A stretch of DNA of 64,000 nt from an uncultured Anaerolineales bacterium (GTDB lineage Bacteria; Chloroflexota; Anaerolineae; Anaerolineales; UBA11858): positions 729-64,728 of the forward strand of contig CAYORF010000005.1 in the NCBI GenBank assembly GCA_964406305.1, written 5' to 3'. A program made the translations under genes and the position numbers. Position 1 is the first letter of the stretch, and every line of letters starts with the position of its first letter. The notes beneath the pieces were generated by a model. The model was not told where the DNA came from, searched no databases, and worked only from the letters and a program-made list of their open reading frames with translations. Below are positions 1 through 8,676 of this stretch, one piece after another.

Positions 1-139
1 GTTGTTTTATTGTTCTAATTATATCAAAAGAAGAGCAGGTTAAAGAAGAAAGACTGTTTTTGTTATTTGTTACAACTTAAATTCAATATTACCGTATATT
101 TTGGTAGATAATAATGATTAGTGATCAGGAGAAGTAGAA

Positions 140-391
140 ATGGCTATTGAAAATAAAAAACTTTATCGCTCGGTAGAAGACCGCATGGTCGGAGGCGTTT
201 GTGCCGGTATCGCGGATTTCTTTGACATCGACCCAACTATTGTCCGGCTGGTATTTGTGCTGGGTTTCTTTGCCTCTGTCAGCGGATTGTTCTGGGCTTA
301 CATCATCATGATGATCGTTGTGCCTGAACACGTCCCGGCGGGAGAGGATATTGTCACGGTTGACGTTGAAGATGTGCCCGAAAATAAATAA
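140..391 (+). CDS. PspC-domain membrane protein
   Basis: 83-aa ORF. KLYRS..DRMVGGVCAGIADFFDIDPTIVRLVFVL matches the PspC-domain signature and is followed by one TM helix. AGGAG RBS upstream. Confidence 0.85.
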   Translation: MAIENKKLYRSVEDRMVGGVCAGIADFFDIDPTIVRLVFVLGFFASVSGLFWAYIIMMIVVPEHVPAGEDIVTVDVEDVPENK

Positions 392-412
392 TTAAGATCT
401 TCTCAAAAAAAG

Positions 413-445
413 AAAAAAGCCCGGATTTCCGGGCTTTTTTCTTTT
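413..445. terminator. Bidirectional rho-independent terminator between convergent genes
   Basis: GCCCGG-ATTT-CCGGGC hairpin (419-434) flanked by an A-run (413-418) and a T-run (435-445). Confidence 0.7.
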
Positions 446-466
446 ATCCACCTGATAAAAGTGGGG

Positions 467-847
467 TTATTCAATAAAGATCTCCACATGTTCCTGGTCT
501 TCTTCATCGACCACATCGACGATCTTCCCGCTCATGTTCTCAGCCAGGGCTTCCTTTACGGCTTCCATCATCTGGGCGTTTTCCATCTCTGGGGTGAACT
601 GGGCGGCGATATTCAAACCGGCATCCACCAACTTCATGGGTACATTGACATTTACCTTGGTTTTTCCCGTAGACATATCAGTAACCCGGACCCGCAGCAT
701 CTGGTTAGATAGGGATCGTTTTGCAAATTTTATTTCCTTTTCACTTTTCTGGGAAAGCGTTGAGATCAATCTTGAGCCTTCCTCAGCCGTAATCTTCCCG
801 TCGCTTATCATTTTGAGGATTTTCATCCGTTCTTCGCTGGTAACCAT
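467..847 (-). CDS. Small protein with N-terminal YvlB/LiaX-type SHOCT-like motif
   Basis: N-terminus EERMKILKMISDGKITAEEGSRLISTL. Acidic C-terminal end ..IVDVVDEEDQEHVEIFIE is paralogous to the end of the 214-aa neighbour. Confidence 0.6.
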   Translation of the reverse strand: MVTSEERMKILKMISDGKITAEEGSRLISTLSQKSEKEIKFAKRSLSNQMLRVRVTDMSTGKTKVNVNVPMKLVDAGLNIAAQFTPEMENAQMMEAVKEALAENMSGKIVDVVDEEDQEHVEIFIE

Positions 848-874
848 ATTCCTGCTCCTTCGTAGGAACTTATC

Positions 875-1519
875 CTAACCAATATATATCCTTACTTTTT
901 CGCCGTCATCAGTATCATCAACATCAATGGTCAACGGCGTATCCCCCTGGGAGTAATTTCCCAACGCAAGAAGGATCTCGTCCGCGCCAGACAGGTTCAT
1001 ATTGGGGACAAAACTGCCAAATGTCCTGAGACTCCAGGCAAAAAAACGATTCGGGATCGGAAAACTGATAGCGATCCTTCCTGGTTTTTCGCCCGGTTTC
1101 TGCTGAATTCTAATGTGCAGCCAGGGACCGGTACGGCTGTTCCAACCCAGGACTAATAGTCCAACGCCGATCAAAAAAGGTATCCAAGCCGCGACAAATC
1201 CAAAACCAATGCCATGGGTAGACCAGGTCCAGTACATCAGGGCTCCGCCCATTACAGTGATGGCAACCCCGATCCAGAAGGGGATGATCCACCAGCTCTT
1301 CAATTTGTTGAAATGATCTTGATCGCCATCCTGGGAGTATTCATCAGCTTCAATTGGTTCGAAACTGCCTTCCAGCTCGGCTTTAGCTATGGAGTATTCC
1401 ATTTCAGAATTTTCCCAGCTTTCACCGATGGCTTCGATCAACTTCATGCCTTCCTCGGGGCTTATCGTCCCCTTTTGGATCATTTCCAGTATTTCCAGGC
1501 GTTCGTTTTCGGCTGTCAT
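875..1519 (-). CDS. Membrane protein with N-terminal SHOCT-like motif
   Basis: N-terminus ENERLEILEMIQKGTISPEEGMKLIEAI. Two hydrophobic helices (WWIIPFWIGVAITVMGGALMYW, FGFVAAWIPFLIGVGLLVLGW). C-terminal ..IDVDDTDDGEKVRIYIG. 4-nt ATGA overlap with the upstream gene. Confidence 0.6.
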   Translation of the reverse strand: MTAENERLEILEMIQKGTISPEEGMKLIEAIGESWENSEMEYSIAKAELEGSFEPIEADEYSQDGDQDHFNKLKSWWIIPFWIGVAITVMGGALMYWTWSTHGIGFGFVAAWIPFLIGVGLLVLGWNSRTGPWLHIRIQQKPGEKPGRIAISFPIPNRFFAWSLRTFGSFVPNMNLSGADEILLALGNYSQGDTPLTIDVDDTDDGEKVRIYIG

Positions 1520-2742
1520 TTTTTCTTTCCCTCCAACGCTTTGAGAAGTTGGTCAGCTTCATCGAGGGAAATTTTCTTCTCTTGAAGCATTTCCAGGATC
1601 AACAGCCGCTCAGATTCGGTTACAGCCTTCTTCTCATGCTCCAAATCCAGGAATTTGCCCAAATCGAACTCCTTGGTTTTAGCTTTGGCCTTGAGCGCTT
1701 TGCGGCGAGCCTGGGCAATCTTCTTTTCAACCTTTGCCTGAGCTTTGATAGCTGCAATTTCCGCTTTCTCGGCTGCCATCCGGCTGCTTTCTTCGATCTG
1801 AACGCCGAGCTTCTTTAGGTTCTCTTCTGAAATACCAATAGCTTCCAGAGATTCGGATAACCCGGACAGTGAAACATGGAGATCTTCTTCCAGATTACCC
1901 AGGCTTCTTTTAATTTGCTCTGCAGTCTGTGCTGAGAAATCAACTGTGATCGACCCTAATTCTTCCGCGTTCATCTTCAGGCCTGTGAATACGTTAAAAT
2001 CATCTCCGGATAGAAAAACCTTTCCACCAGCGGAGAGTATAACGGCCGGTCCACCTTCACCCAGTTGTTGGGTTAATTCCGCCTCCTGGGGTTTTAGGTC
2101 CAGCTCACCCAGGACCACGCTTATGTCTTTTGCGCCGCTCTTAATGGACAGATCGGCATTGCATTCTTCCGGTACAGAAACTGACAGATCGCCGCCGACT
2201 TTGATTTGATATGCTTGCCAGGGAACGGGATTAAAATCAACTGTGCCTTCTCCGCCGGCCGAGGCTTCAATACCGCCGCCTACATCAGTTATGACAATAT
2301 CTCCGCCAACATTCCGGAGGCTTATCTGGCCCTTGATAATGTCGATCAGGGCATCCCCCCCGGTATTCTCGATTTTTAAATCACCTTGGACACGCTTGGC
2401 GATCAAATCACCGCCAATGGATTTGGCGGCAACAGTGCTGACATCTATAATTGTCAGATCTCCTCCGACCGACGCGACCCTTATTTCGTTGTTAATTCTC
2501 TTGATCACCACCTGACCGGACACAGATTGGATTTCTACTTCCAGGTGATGAGGGATATGAATAAATCCATCACCCGAGATATGGATCTCGATCCGATCCT
2601 TCTTGGTTTTGATCTGGTCTTGATCAGAAAGGTCTTTGATACGAATCTCTTCTTGATTCCAGCCAGTTAGATATAGACTGCCGCCAACGCTGGCCACCAC
2701 AAGCTTGGAGATGTTTTCAATGGGAATGTTGTGTTTCACCAC
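1516..2742 (-). CDS. DUF4097 (YvlB/LiaG-like putative adhesin beta-helix) protein with C-terminal coiled coil and SHOCT-like motif
   Basis: Repeated GGDL/GGDI beta-helix strands (SVGGDLTIIDV, SIGGDLIAKRV, NVGGDIVITDV). Lys/Ala-rich coiled coil. C-terminal ESERLLILEMLQEKKISLDEADQLLKAL. GTG start. Confidence 0.75.
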   Translation of the reverse strand: MVKHNIPIENISKLVVASVGGSLYLTGWNQEEIRIKDLSDQDQIKTKKDRIEIHISGDGFIHIPHHLEVEIQSVSGQVVIKRINNEIRVASVGGDLTIIDVSTVAAKSIGGDLIAKRVQGDLKIENTGGDALIDIIKGQISLRNVGGDIVITDVGGGIEASAGGEGTVDFNPVPWQAYQIKVGGDLSVSVPEECNADLSIKSGAKDISVVLGELDLKPQEAELTQQLGEGGPAVILSAGGKVFLSGDDFNVFTGLKMNAEELGSITVDFSAQTAEQIKRSLGNLEEDLHVSLSGLSESLEAIGISEENLKKLGVQIEESSRMAAEKAEIAAIKAQAKVEKKIAQARRKALKAKAKTKEFDLGKFLDLEHEKKAVTESERLLILEMLQEKKISLDEADQLLKALEGKKK

Positions 2743-2744
2743 CG

Positions 2745-3128
2745 TTATTTCTCCTCATCTTTAAGTAGTTTCATGGCGTCCTCATAGCTGATCGCGCCCT
2801 CATCCAAGTCATTAAGGATCTTCTGACGTTCATCCTCAGAAAGCTCGGAGGTTTCGTCCCCGCCCGGTTCGTATCCCAGAGCCCTGATCACATCATGAAG
2901 CAGCTTGCGGATGGTCGGGTAGGAATATCCCAGTTCTTTTTCCATGTGGGTGATCTTTCCTTCCAACCGGACAAAGGTTTCCACAAAATCCATTTGTTTT
3001 GGTGTAAGCTGGGAAAATGTACTGGAAGAGAATTGACCATCAATGGTTGTATTACAATCCCGGCAGTTTATCTGGGTAACTACAGCTTCTCCGCCGCAGA
3101 TAGGACATTGTGAGGGTAGTGGATGCAT
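2745..3128 (-). CDS. DUF2089 zinc-ribbon/HTH protein with C-terminal SHOCT-like motif
   Basis: CPICGG..(N11)..CRDCNT zinc ribbon, FVETFVRLEGKITHMEKELGYSYPTIRKLL HTH-like core typical of DUF2089, and tail EDERQKILNDLDEGAISYEDAMKLL. Confidence 0.8.
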   Translation of the reverse strand: MHPLPSQCPICGGEAVVTQINCRDCNTTIDGQFSSSTFSQLTPKQMDFVETFVRLEGKITHMEKELGYSYPTIRKLLHDVIRALGYEPGGDETSELSEDERQKILNDLDEGAISYEDAMKLLKDEEK

Positions 3129-3155
3129 GTTTTGCTCCTTGTATATAAGACCGTC

Positions 3156-3347
3156 TTAGTGGGCTGCTGCTCGGGTGTTGTTGATCAATTGCTGACCGGA
3201 AAGGATCAACATCCGGCCCAGCGATTCGTAAAATCTGTTGACTAGCATATTATTCTGTTCTAGGGATCTCGTTAGGCGATACTGGGCTGCCTTACGATGA
3301 AGTTCTTTTTCCTGGGTTTTGAAAGTATCTAAATTAGTTGTAAACAT
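3156..3347 (-). CDS. Small hypothetical protein (63 aa), tandem paralog A
   Basis: Internal ATG of the 118-aa ORF chosen because MFTTNLDTFKTQEKELH.. aligns residue-for-residue with the upstream 62-aa paralog. GGAAGGG RBS-like upstream. Confidence 0.55.
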   Translation of the reverse strand: MFTTNLDTFKTQEKELHRKAAQYRLTRSLEQNNMLVNRFYESLGRMLILSGQQLINNTRAAAH

Positions 3348-3391
3348 TTTGCCCTTCCATTGGGATTGGAAAATAATTATTGGTTTCGGTT

Positions 3392-3580
3392 CTAGTGAGC
3401 AGCTTGTGTGCGTTTCACCAGGTTCTGCCCTGTGATGATCAACATGCGGCCGATTGCTACATATAATCTGTTTGCCCTGCGATAGGGCTGTTCCTGGGAT
3501 TTCACCAAACAATACTGAGCTGCCCGCTGGTGAAGTTCTTTTTCCTGGGTTTTGAAAGCATCTAAATTTGTTGGAAACAT
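3392..3580 (-). CDS. Small hypothetical protein (62 aa), tandem paralog B
   Basis: MFPTNLDAFKTQEKELH.. with an AGGAGA RBS 6 nt upstream. First gene after a consensus-like promoter. Confidence 0.6.
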   Translation of the reverse strand: MFPTNLDAFKTQEKELHQRAAQYCLVKSQEQPYRRANRLYVAIGRMLIITGQNLVKRTQAAH

Positions 3581-3615
3581 CGCTTTCTCCTAGTTTTTTC
3601 CTGAATAATGCTTAC

Positions 3616-3643
3616 AGTATATCAAAAATATTTAGTTTGTCAA
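3616..3643 (-). promoter_or_regulatory. Sigma70-type promoter for the small-gene/DUF2089/DUF4097 operon
   Basis: On the minus strand: TTGACA (3638-3643), 16-nt spacer, TATACT (3616-3621), about 35 nt upstream of the 62-aa ORF start. Confidence 0.55.
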
Positions 3644-3797
3644 GAGCAAAAATAAGAAAAATCAATAAAATTATTAATAATATTTAGTTTTCAGTGTTTT
3701 TCCTCTACTTTTGGGCAAAATTTAGTGGGTTTTAACCCGAAAATTAACCTTCGGTAGGTGTTTTAGGTTGAAATTTGATTGAAAAAACGGTTAGGAA

Positions 3798-5297
3798 TCA
3801 GGGTTTTGGGCGGGGAAAGCTGATCAGGCTTTTTTCTTCAGCGTCAGTGCTGGCGATGACTGTTTCGCTAAAGAGCTCCAGAGTTCCCTGGTATTCCCGG
3901 GTGCCAGCATGGGCAATCCAGCCACCCAGGTTAAAGGGAATCACATCTGCTGCGGGAATCCACTCGCCATTATATTTGCGGGCGATATGGATGTGGGACC
4001 CGGTGCTTTCACCACCTTCGCAGGAAGGATGCCCTAGATTATCGCCTGTTTCTACCAAGGTGTTAATTGGGATCTTATTTTGAGTACCCAGATGGAGGTA
4101 TAAAAGTACCCACCCGGTGCGGTGATCCCCATCTCCATCCAGATCAAGTTCAACTAGGCCAGGTTCGCTGCGGGCAATGATCCCGGGGGCAACAGCTGCT
4201 GCCCAAACACTGGTGATCTCACAGCCGGTTACAGCACTGGGGGGGGCAAAATCCAGGGCAGCCCAGGGATCTCCCTGGCCCCAACCTGTATGGGGGCCGC
4301 CCGTGAAAGCCCAGGTTTCACCACCTTTAAATGGTAATGTCATCTGGGGCTGGCGCAGGCTTCCCGGGATATGTGGTTCACAGACCCAGGGATCCCCGAA
4401 TAATTCCTGATATGTCTTCAAAAATCCATCAGCGCGTATTGTGCGGCTGTATACCGCTTTTGGTTCCAAGTGGGAGAAATAGTATTGTAAAGAGACTGTG
4501 GCAGAATTCTGCCAGGGATCTGGGTGTTCAATAGTTCGGTTCATGAATTCCAGGGTATCTAGATGATTTCCCTGCCAGCCGTAGTAGCCCTGGTTTAGGA
4601 TATTTGCCGCCCAGACCAGCTGGATGTACAAACCGTGGTACCCCGATGATCGGTATCCCAGGGGATAACCGTTCAGTAGGTCATCTGGCGGAATGGGATC
4701 ACTGAGCGCGTTGAGCTGGTATTCCAGGATGGCCAGCAGCAGTTTTGGACTGATGCTGAAGCTGGTTGAGATATAAGTGATGATCTCTGCTCCTGAACGC
4801 TGTTCTTCAGCGGCAAACTGCTCAAAATACTTAAACCAACCAGGTTGGGATTGCATAAAACTATCAATATCAAAATCAATTTGAGCAGGCCCATTCACGA
4901 AAGCGCAATTGGGCAGGATTTGGAATTGGGAACCCCACAAGGCCTCATAATAAATGGGAATCTGCATGGGTAGACCAGGGGGGAGAGTGGTGGCATCTGC
5001 AGGGATGACTGGATTTTCATTGAGGATCTCTTCAATCGTTGTGTTGAACCGATTGGACAGATTAGTCAGGGTATCTCCCGCCTGGCCTGTATATTCCACC
5101 AGTTCGCCTGGTGAATATACAGGCCTTTCAGATACAGGTATTGGCGGTTTGGTAGCTGTGGCAACATTGATAGGAACGGGTGTGGATTCACTGCCGGGGA
5201 TATCTGGCAGACAGGCTGATAATACCAGGACTAGGATCAGACAAGCCTGCAGCAGGGGGTTATTTTTCTTTCTATTCTGTTCCGACTCGAGGGACAT
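3798..5297 (-). CDS. LysM + M23 peptidase lipoprotein (paralog 3 of 3)
   Basis: Lipobox LVLSAC. LysM (YTGQAGDTLTNLSNRFNTTIEEILNEN). C-terminal M23 motifs (LDFAP..., GHPSCEGGESTGSHIHIARKYNGEWIPA). Confidence 0.85.
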   Translation of the reverse strand: MSLESEQNRKKNNPLLQACLILVLVLSACLPDIPGSESTPVPINVATATKPPIPVSERPVYSPGELVEYTGQAGDTLTNLSNRFNTTIEEILNENPVIPADATTLPPGLPMQIPIYYEALWGSQFQILPNCAFVNGPAQIDFDIDSFMQSQPGWFKYFEQFAAEEQRSGAEIITYISTSFSISPKLLLAILEYQLNALSDPIPPDDLLNGYPLGYRSSGYHGLYIQLVWAANILNQGYYGWQGNHLDTLEFMNRTIEHPDPWQNSATVSLQYYFSHLEPKAVYSRTIRADGFLKTYQELFGDPWVCEPHIPGSLRQPQMTLPFKGGETWAFTGGPHTGWGQGDPWAALDFAPPSAVTGCEITSVWAAAVAPGIIARSEPGLVELDLDGDGDHRTGWVLLYLHLGTQNKIPINTLVETGDNLGHPSCEGGESTGSHIHIARKYNGEWIPAADVIPFNLGGWIAHAGTREYQGTLELFSETVIASTDAEEKSLISFPRPKP

Positions 5298-5309
5298 AGG
5301 ATACCAATT

Positions 5310-6881
5310 TTACCGCTTAACCTGGCTTCCCGGAGCACTGTAGGAACTCGCAGTTACCAGGCCTTCTCCGGGCTTGGTAAGGGTTCCTTTATAAACCGCT
5401 GAGCCGTTATGAACCGTCCAACCGCTTAACAAAAATGGGGTTGGGCCATCGGCGGTCATCCATTCCCCATTATACTTCCGGGCCATATGGACATGGGTGC
5501 CAGTTGAGATACCGCCCTCACAGGAAGGATGTCCTAACCTATCTCCAGTGTTCACTTCATCACCGGCATTGACCACTCTTCCGGCAGTAGCTATGTGGAG
5601 ATATAAGAGGACCCAACCGGAATGTTCGTTGTCGTTGTAATCCAGGTTAATGATGACTGCGCCGTTTTCTGCCCGCACTACCAGGCCCGGAGCGGATGCT
5701 GTAACGTAAGCATAAGAATTGGAGCACTCTCCCCGAAATCCCGAGGGAGCGAAATCTACAGCGGACCAGGAACCTTCTCGTTCCCAGGCACCATGAGGTC
5801 CGCCTGTGTAGTTCCAGACTACGCCGGGCACGAAGGGCAGTTCCAAGCCCGGTTGGACTAGATTATGTGAGAATAAAGGCTCATACTGGGTTCTGTCTTC
5901 CGGAGAACCGAACATCTCTTCATAAATTATGATGAAGCCGGTATCATCATCCATAGCCTGGATCCATTCATCGCTGTCATAGATCTGGGAGTAAAAATAT
6001 TGCAGGGCTACTGTACCGGCGTTAAGGCTGGGTTCGATCCTGGCAGAAACGTTCCGGTTAGGACTCTGAGCATTCTTGAAAATGACCTCAGTTAATCGGC
6101 CTTCTCGCCAGCCGTAATATCCGATCGAGAGTTGATTCACAGCCCAGCGCAATTGACGCACTAGTCCATCATCATCGTAATTGACATAACCCATTGGGTA
6201 TTTCAGCTGTGCCAAGTTCTGGGGTTGCCCAAAGACCCAGTTGCTTTGATATTCCAGCATGGCAAGGAGCAAATAAGGATTGATGGAATTATTTTGAGCG
6301 ATATTTCTAACGATCTCTCCCCCGCTAGTCAGATTGGAGTGTTCATAATCTCGCTCTTCGCTGAGATATCCTCCCGCCGCTTGGACGAACTGAACTACGT
6401 CTTCTGGAAAATCAGAATCAGTGATGGCCCGGGAATATACAAACTCGCTATCAGGCAGTAAGTGGGAGCCGGAAGTCGTATTGATCAAAACCTGGGGAAT
6501 CACTAGCAATGTTCCCGGATTGATAAAGGAGCTTACCGGCAAGTCCACATTGGATTGGATCTGGTCTTTCCCAACGCCAAAGTGAGTGGCTACTACTGCC
6601 AATGTATCTCCCGCTTGGGCATGGTAAACAATTGGTTCCTGCTGGGCTTCAGGTGTCGGGACAAGAGTTTCAGTCGGGGGTATATACGCTGTTGGTGTGG
6701 GATTATCTGATGGATCAGTTGTTGGAGTAGGTTCCAGGGTTGGAATTTCAGTAGCTTCCGGAAGGATGATCTCTGTTGTGGGAGTGAACCCGATTGGAGG
6801 CACAAATATGGGTGGTGTTTTTTGGTAAAAACTACACCCCGCAAGAGATAATGCCAGCAATAGTATAAAAAATCGTTTCAC
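5310..6881 (-). CDS. LysM + M23 peptidase lipoprotein (paralog 2 of 3)
   Basis: Lipobox LSLAGC. Thr/Pro-rich linker. LysM (YHAQAGDTLAVVATHFGV). GHPSCEGGISTGTHVHMARKYNGEWM. Confidence 0.85.
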   Translation of the reverse strand: MKRFFILLLALSLAGCSFYQKTPPIFVPPIGFTPTTEIILPEATEIPTLEPTPTTDPSDNPTPTAYIPPTETLVPTPEAQQEPIVYHAQAGDTLAVVATHFGVGKDQIQSNVDLPVSSFINPGTLLVIPQVLINTTSGSHLLPDSEFVYSRAITDSDFPEDVVQFVQAAGGYLSEERDYEHSNLTSGGEIVRNIAQNNSINPYLLLAMLEYQSNWVFGQPQNLAQLKYPMGYVNYDDDGLVRQLRWAVNQLSIGYYGWREGRLTEVIFKNAQSPNRNVSARIEPSLNAGTVALQYFYSQIYDSDEWIQAMDDDTGFIIIYEEMFGSPEDRTQYEPLFSHNLVQPGLELPFVPGVVWNYTGGPHGAWEREGSWSAVDFAPSGFRGECSNSYAYVTASAPGLVVRAENGAVIINLDYNDNEHSGWVLLYLHIATAGRVVNAGDEVNTGDRLGHPSCEGGISTGTHVHMARKYNGEWMTADGPTPFLLSGWTVHNGSAVYKGTLTKPGEGLVTASSYSAPGSQVKR

Positions 6882-6887
6882 AGAATT

Positions 6888-8393
6888 TTACCGTTGTATC
6901 TGATTAACATCAGTGTTAGTGTCTTCCGCTTGAATGGTTTGATCACCGCGAACCATTAATCCCTGGTATGGATATCCCAAACCTTGAGATATCCAGCCAT
7001 CCAAGTTAAATGGAATATTCTGATCAGCGGGAATCCATTCTCCATTATACCGCCGGGCAATATGCAGGTGTGACCCAGTGGAGACGCCACCTTCACAGGA
7101 AGGATGGCCGATCCGATCGCCGGCTTCTAATATTGCTCCCAGTTCTACTCGGCCTCTAGTTTCGATATGCATATAAAGGATTGCCCAATTGGTCTGATCG
7201 TATGGGTCACCGTCAATGCTTTGTACTACTGCGCCGTGATCCGATCGAGTAATAGGGCCATCGGCTACCGCGACTACCCAATCATCGCTAAAGCTGCAGC
7301 CCAGATCCTTATCGGCTGGAGCAAAATCGAGTGCTGCCCAAGCAGACCCATCATCCCATCCACCATGGGGGCCTCCTGTGAATAACCATGCTGCGCCTTC
7401 TTCGAATGGGAGCTGAAGAATGGGTTGGGTCAAGTCATAAGGGATCATCGGAGTGTAGTTATAGTCAAAGGGGTATCCATAGAGGGCTGTATATGTGTTG
7501 ACAAAACCGGTTTCTGACACAGCATCAAGCCACTTATTGTAGGACAGTACCCGTGCAAATAGATTCTGGACCCCGGCAGTTCCGGCATTGATGGTGGAAT
7601 CTATTGGTACATTTATTCCATCTAAACATGCCCAGGCGCCCACTCCGCGCACCTTCCATAGGTAATAACCCCGGTTGAGCTCATCAGCTGCCCAAGCAAG
7701 TTGATAATACAGTCCTTCGTATCCACCTTCCCTGTACTCCAGCGGATAGGGATTGTTTAAATTATTCGATCCGGTCAACCACCCAGTTTGATATTCGATG
7801 ATAGCCAGAAGAAGTCGCGGATTTACCGAATAATCCTGGGAAACTCGGGCTATGACCTCAGCGGCAGTCTGTACCTCTCCATCAATTTCTTCCTCGTGGT
7901 TCTTGAGATAACCTGGCTGATTATTGATGAAAGCCTCAATTTGGAAACGAATAGTGTATGGGCTGCGGACTAATTCGGAATCAGGGATGATTTTATATCC
8001 TGGTCCGATCTCGCTGACATCAGGAGCCGGGAGCAGTAGCTGCTGGCCGGCATAAATTAAGCCAGAGTTAGGAATCTGATTGACTTCAATGATCAGTTCG
8101 GGGAGCACATCATGCCGGTAGGCAATCGATTTAATCGTATCTCCCCATTGGACTGAATAATATACATCCTCAGTACGCAGTGTCGGCAGCGGTTTTGGGG
8201 GACTGGGGGTCGGTGTGATAACCGGTTGATTAGGTATCCTGGTAGGAGGAATGTAAGGATCGGAAGTAGTTTCGACATCACCCTCAACTCCTACATTGGA
8301 GAAGTTAATATAGGGAGCGGTATGCGCCTGCCGGGTGCAGGCACCGATCAACAAGCTCAATAAAACCACTGTGGATAATCGTATAGTTTTCAT
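6888..8393 (-). CDS. LysM + M23 peptidase lipoprotein (paralog 1 of 3)
   Basis: Lipobox LLIGAC. LysM (YSVQWGDTIKSIAYRHDV). GHPSCEGGVSTGSHLHIARRYNGEWIPA. Confidence 0.85.
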   Translation of the reverse strand: MKTIRLSTVVLLSLLIGACTRQAHTAPYINFSNVGVEGDVETTSDPYIPPTRIPNQPVITPTPSPPKPLPTLRTEDVYYSVQWGDTIKSIAYRHDVLPELIIEVNQIPNSGLIYAGQQLLLPAPDVSEIGPGYKIIPDSELVRSPYTIRFQIEAFINNQPGYLKNHEEEIDGEVQTAAEVIARVSQDYSVNPRLLLAIIEYQTGWLTGSNNLNNPYPLEYREGGYEGLYYQLAWAADELNRGYYLWKVRGVGAWACLDGINVPIDSTINAGTAGVQNLFARVLSYNKWLDAVSETGFVNTYTALYGYPFDYNYTPMIPYDLTQPILQLPFEEGAAWLFTGGPHGGWDDGSAWAALDFAPADKDLGCSFSDDWVVAVADGPITRSDHGAVVQSIDGDPYDQTNWAILYMHIETRGRVELGAILEAGDRIGHPSCEGGVSTGSHLHIARRYNGEWIPADQNIPFNLDGWISQGLGYPYQGLMVRGDQTIQAEDTNTDVNQIQR

Positions 8394-8676
8394 AATACAG
8401 GGTACATTTTACCTTTAAGTAGGAGAAGACAGCCCCTGATAATTCCTTGCTGGTTAATATTGCAAGAATAATACCGTTTCAGCCCGAAAAACCAGTCACA
8501 GATGGACAGATTTGGGCGGAATTTGGCCTAAGGTCGATAATAATCATTTGAAGATGTCATATATCGGGGAAAATAAGGAACATTATGCTTTACTGATAAG
8601 GATGTTTCCAGTATGATTATGAAGATTACCTCTGCCTGTTCGAAGGCAAATGAATGATATAAGGACTCGAGGTTTA

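Noticed and set aside
3156-3512. The 118-aa version of the ORF that overlaps the upstream small gene.
   Set aside because: The N-terminal 55 codons overlap the 62-aa paralog in another frame and have no homology to it. The internal ATG at 3347 gives a 63-aa product colinear with the paralog and has a purine-rich RBS-like sequence.
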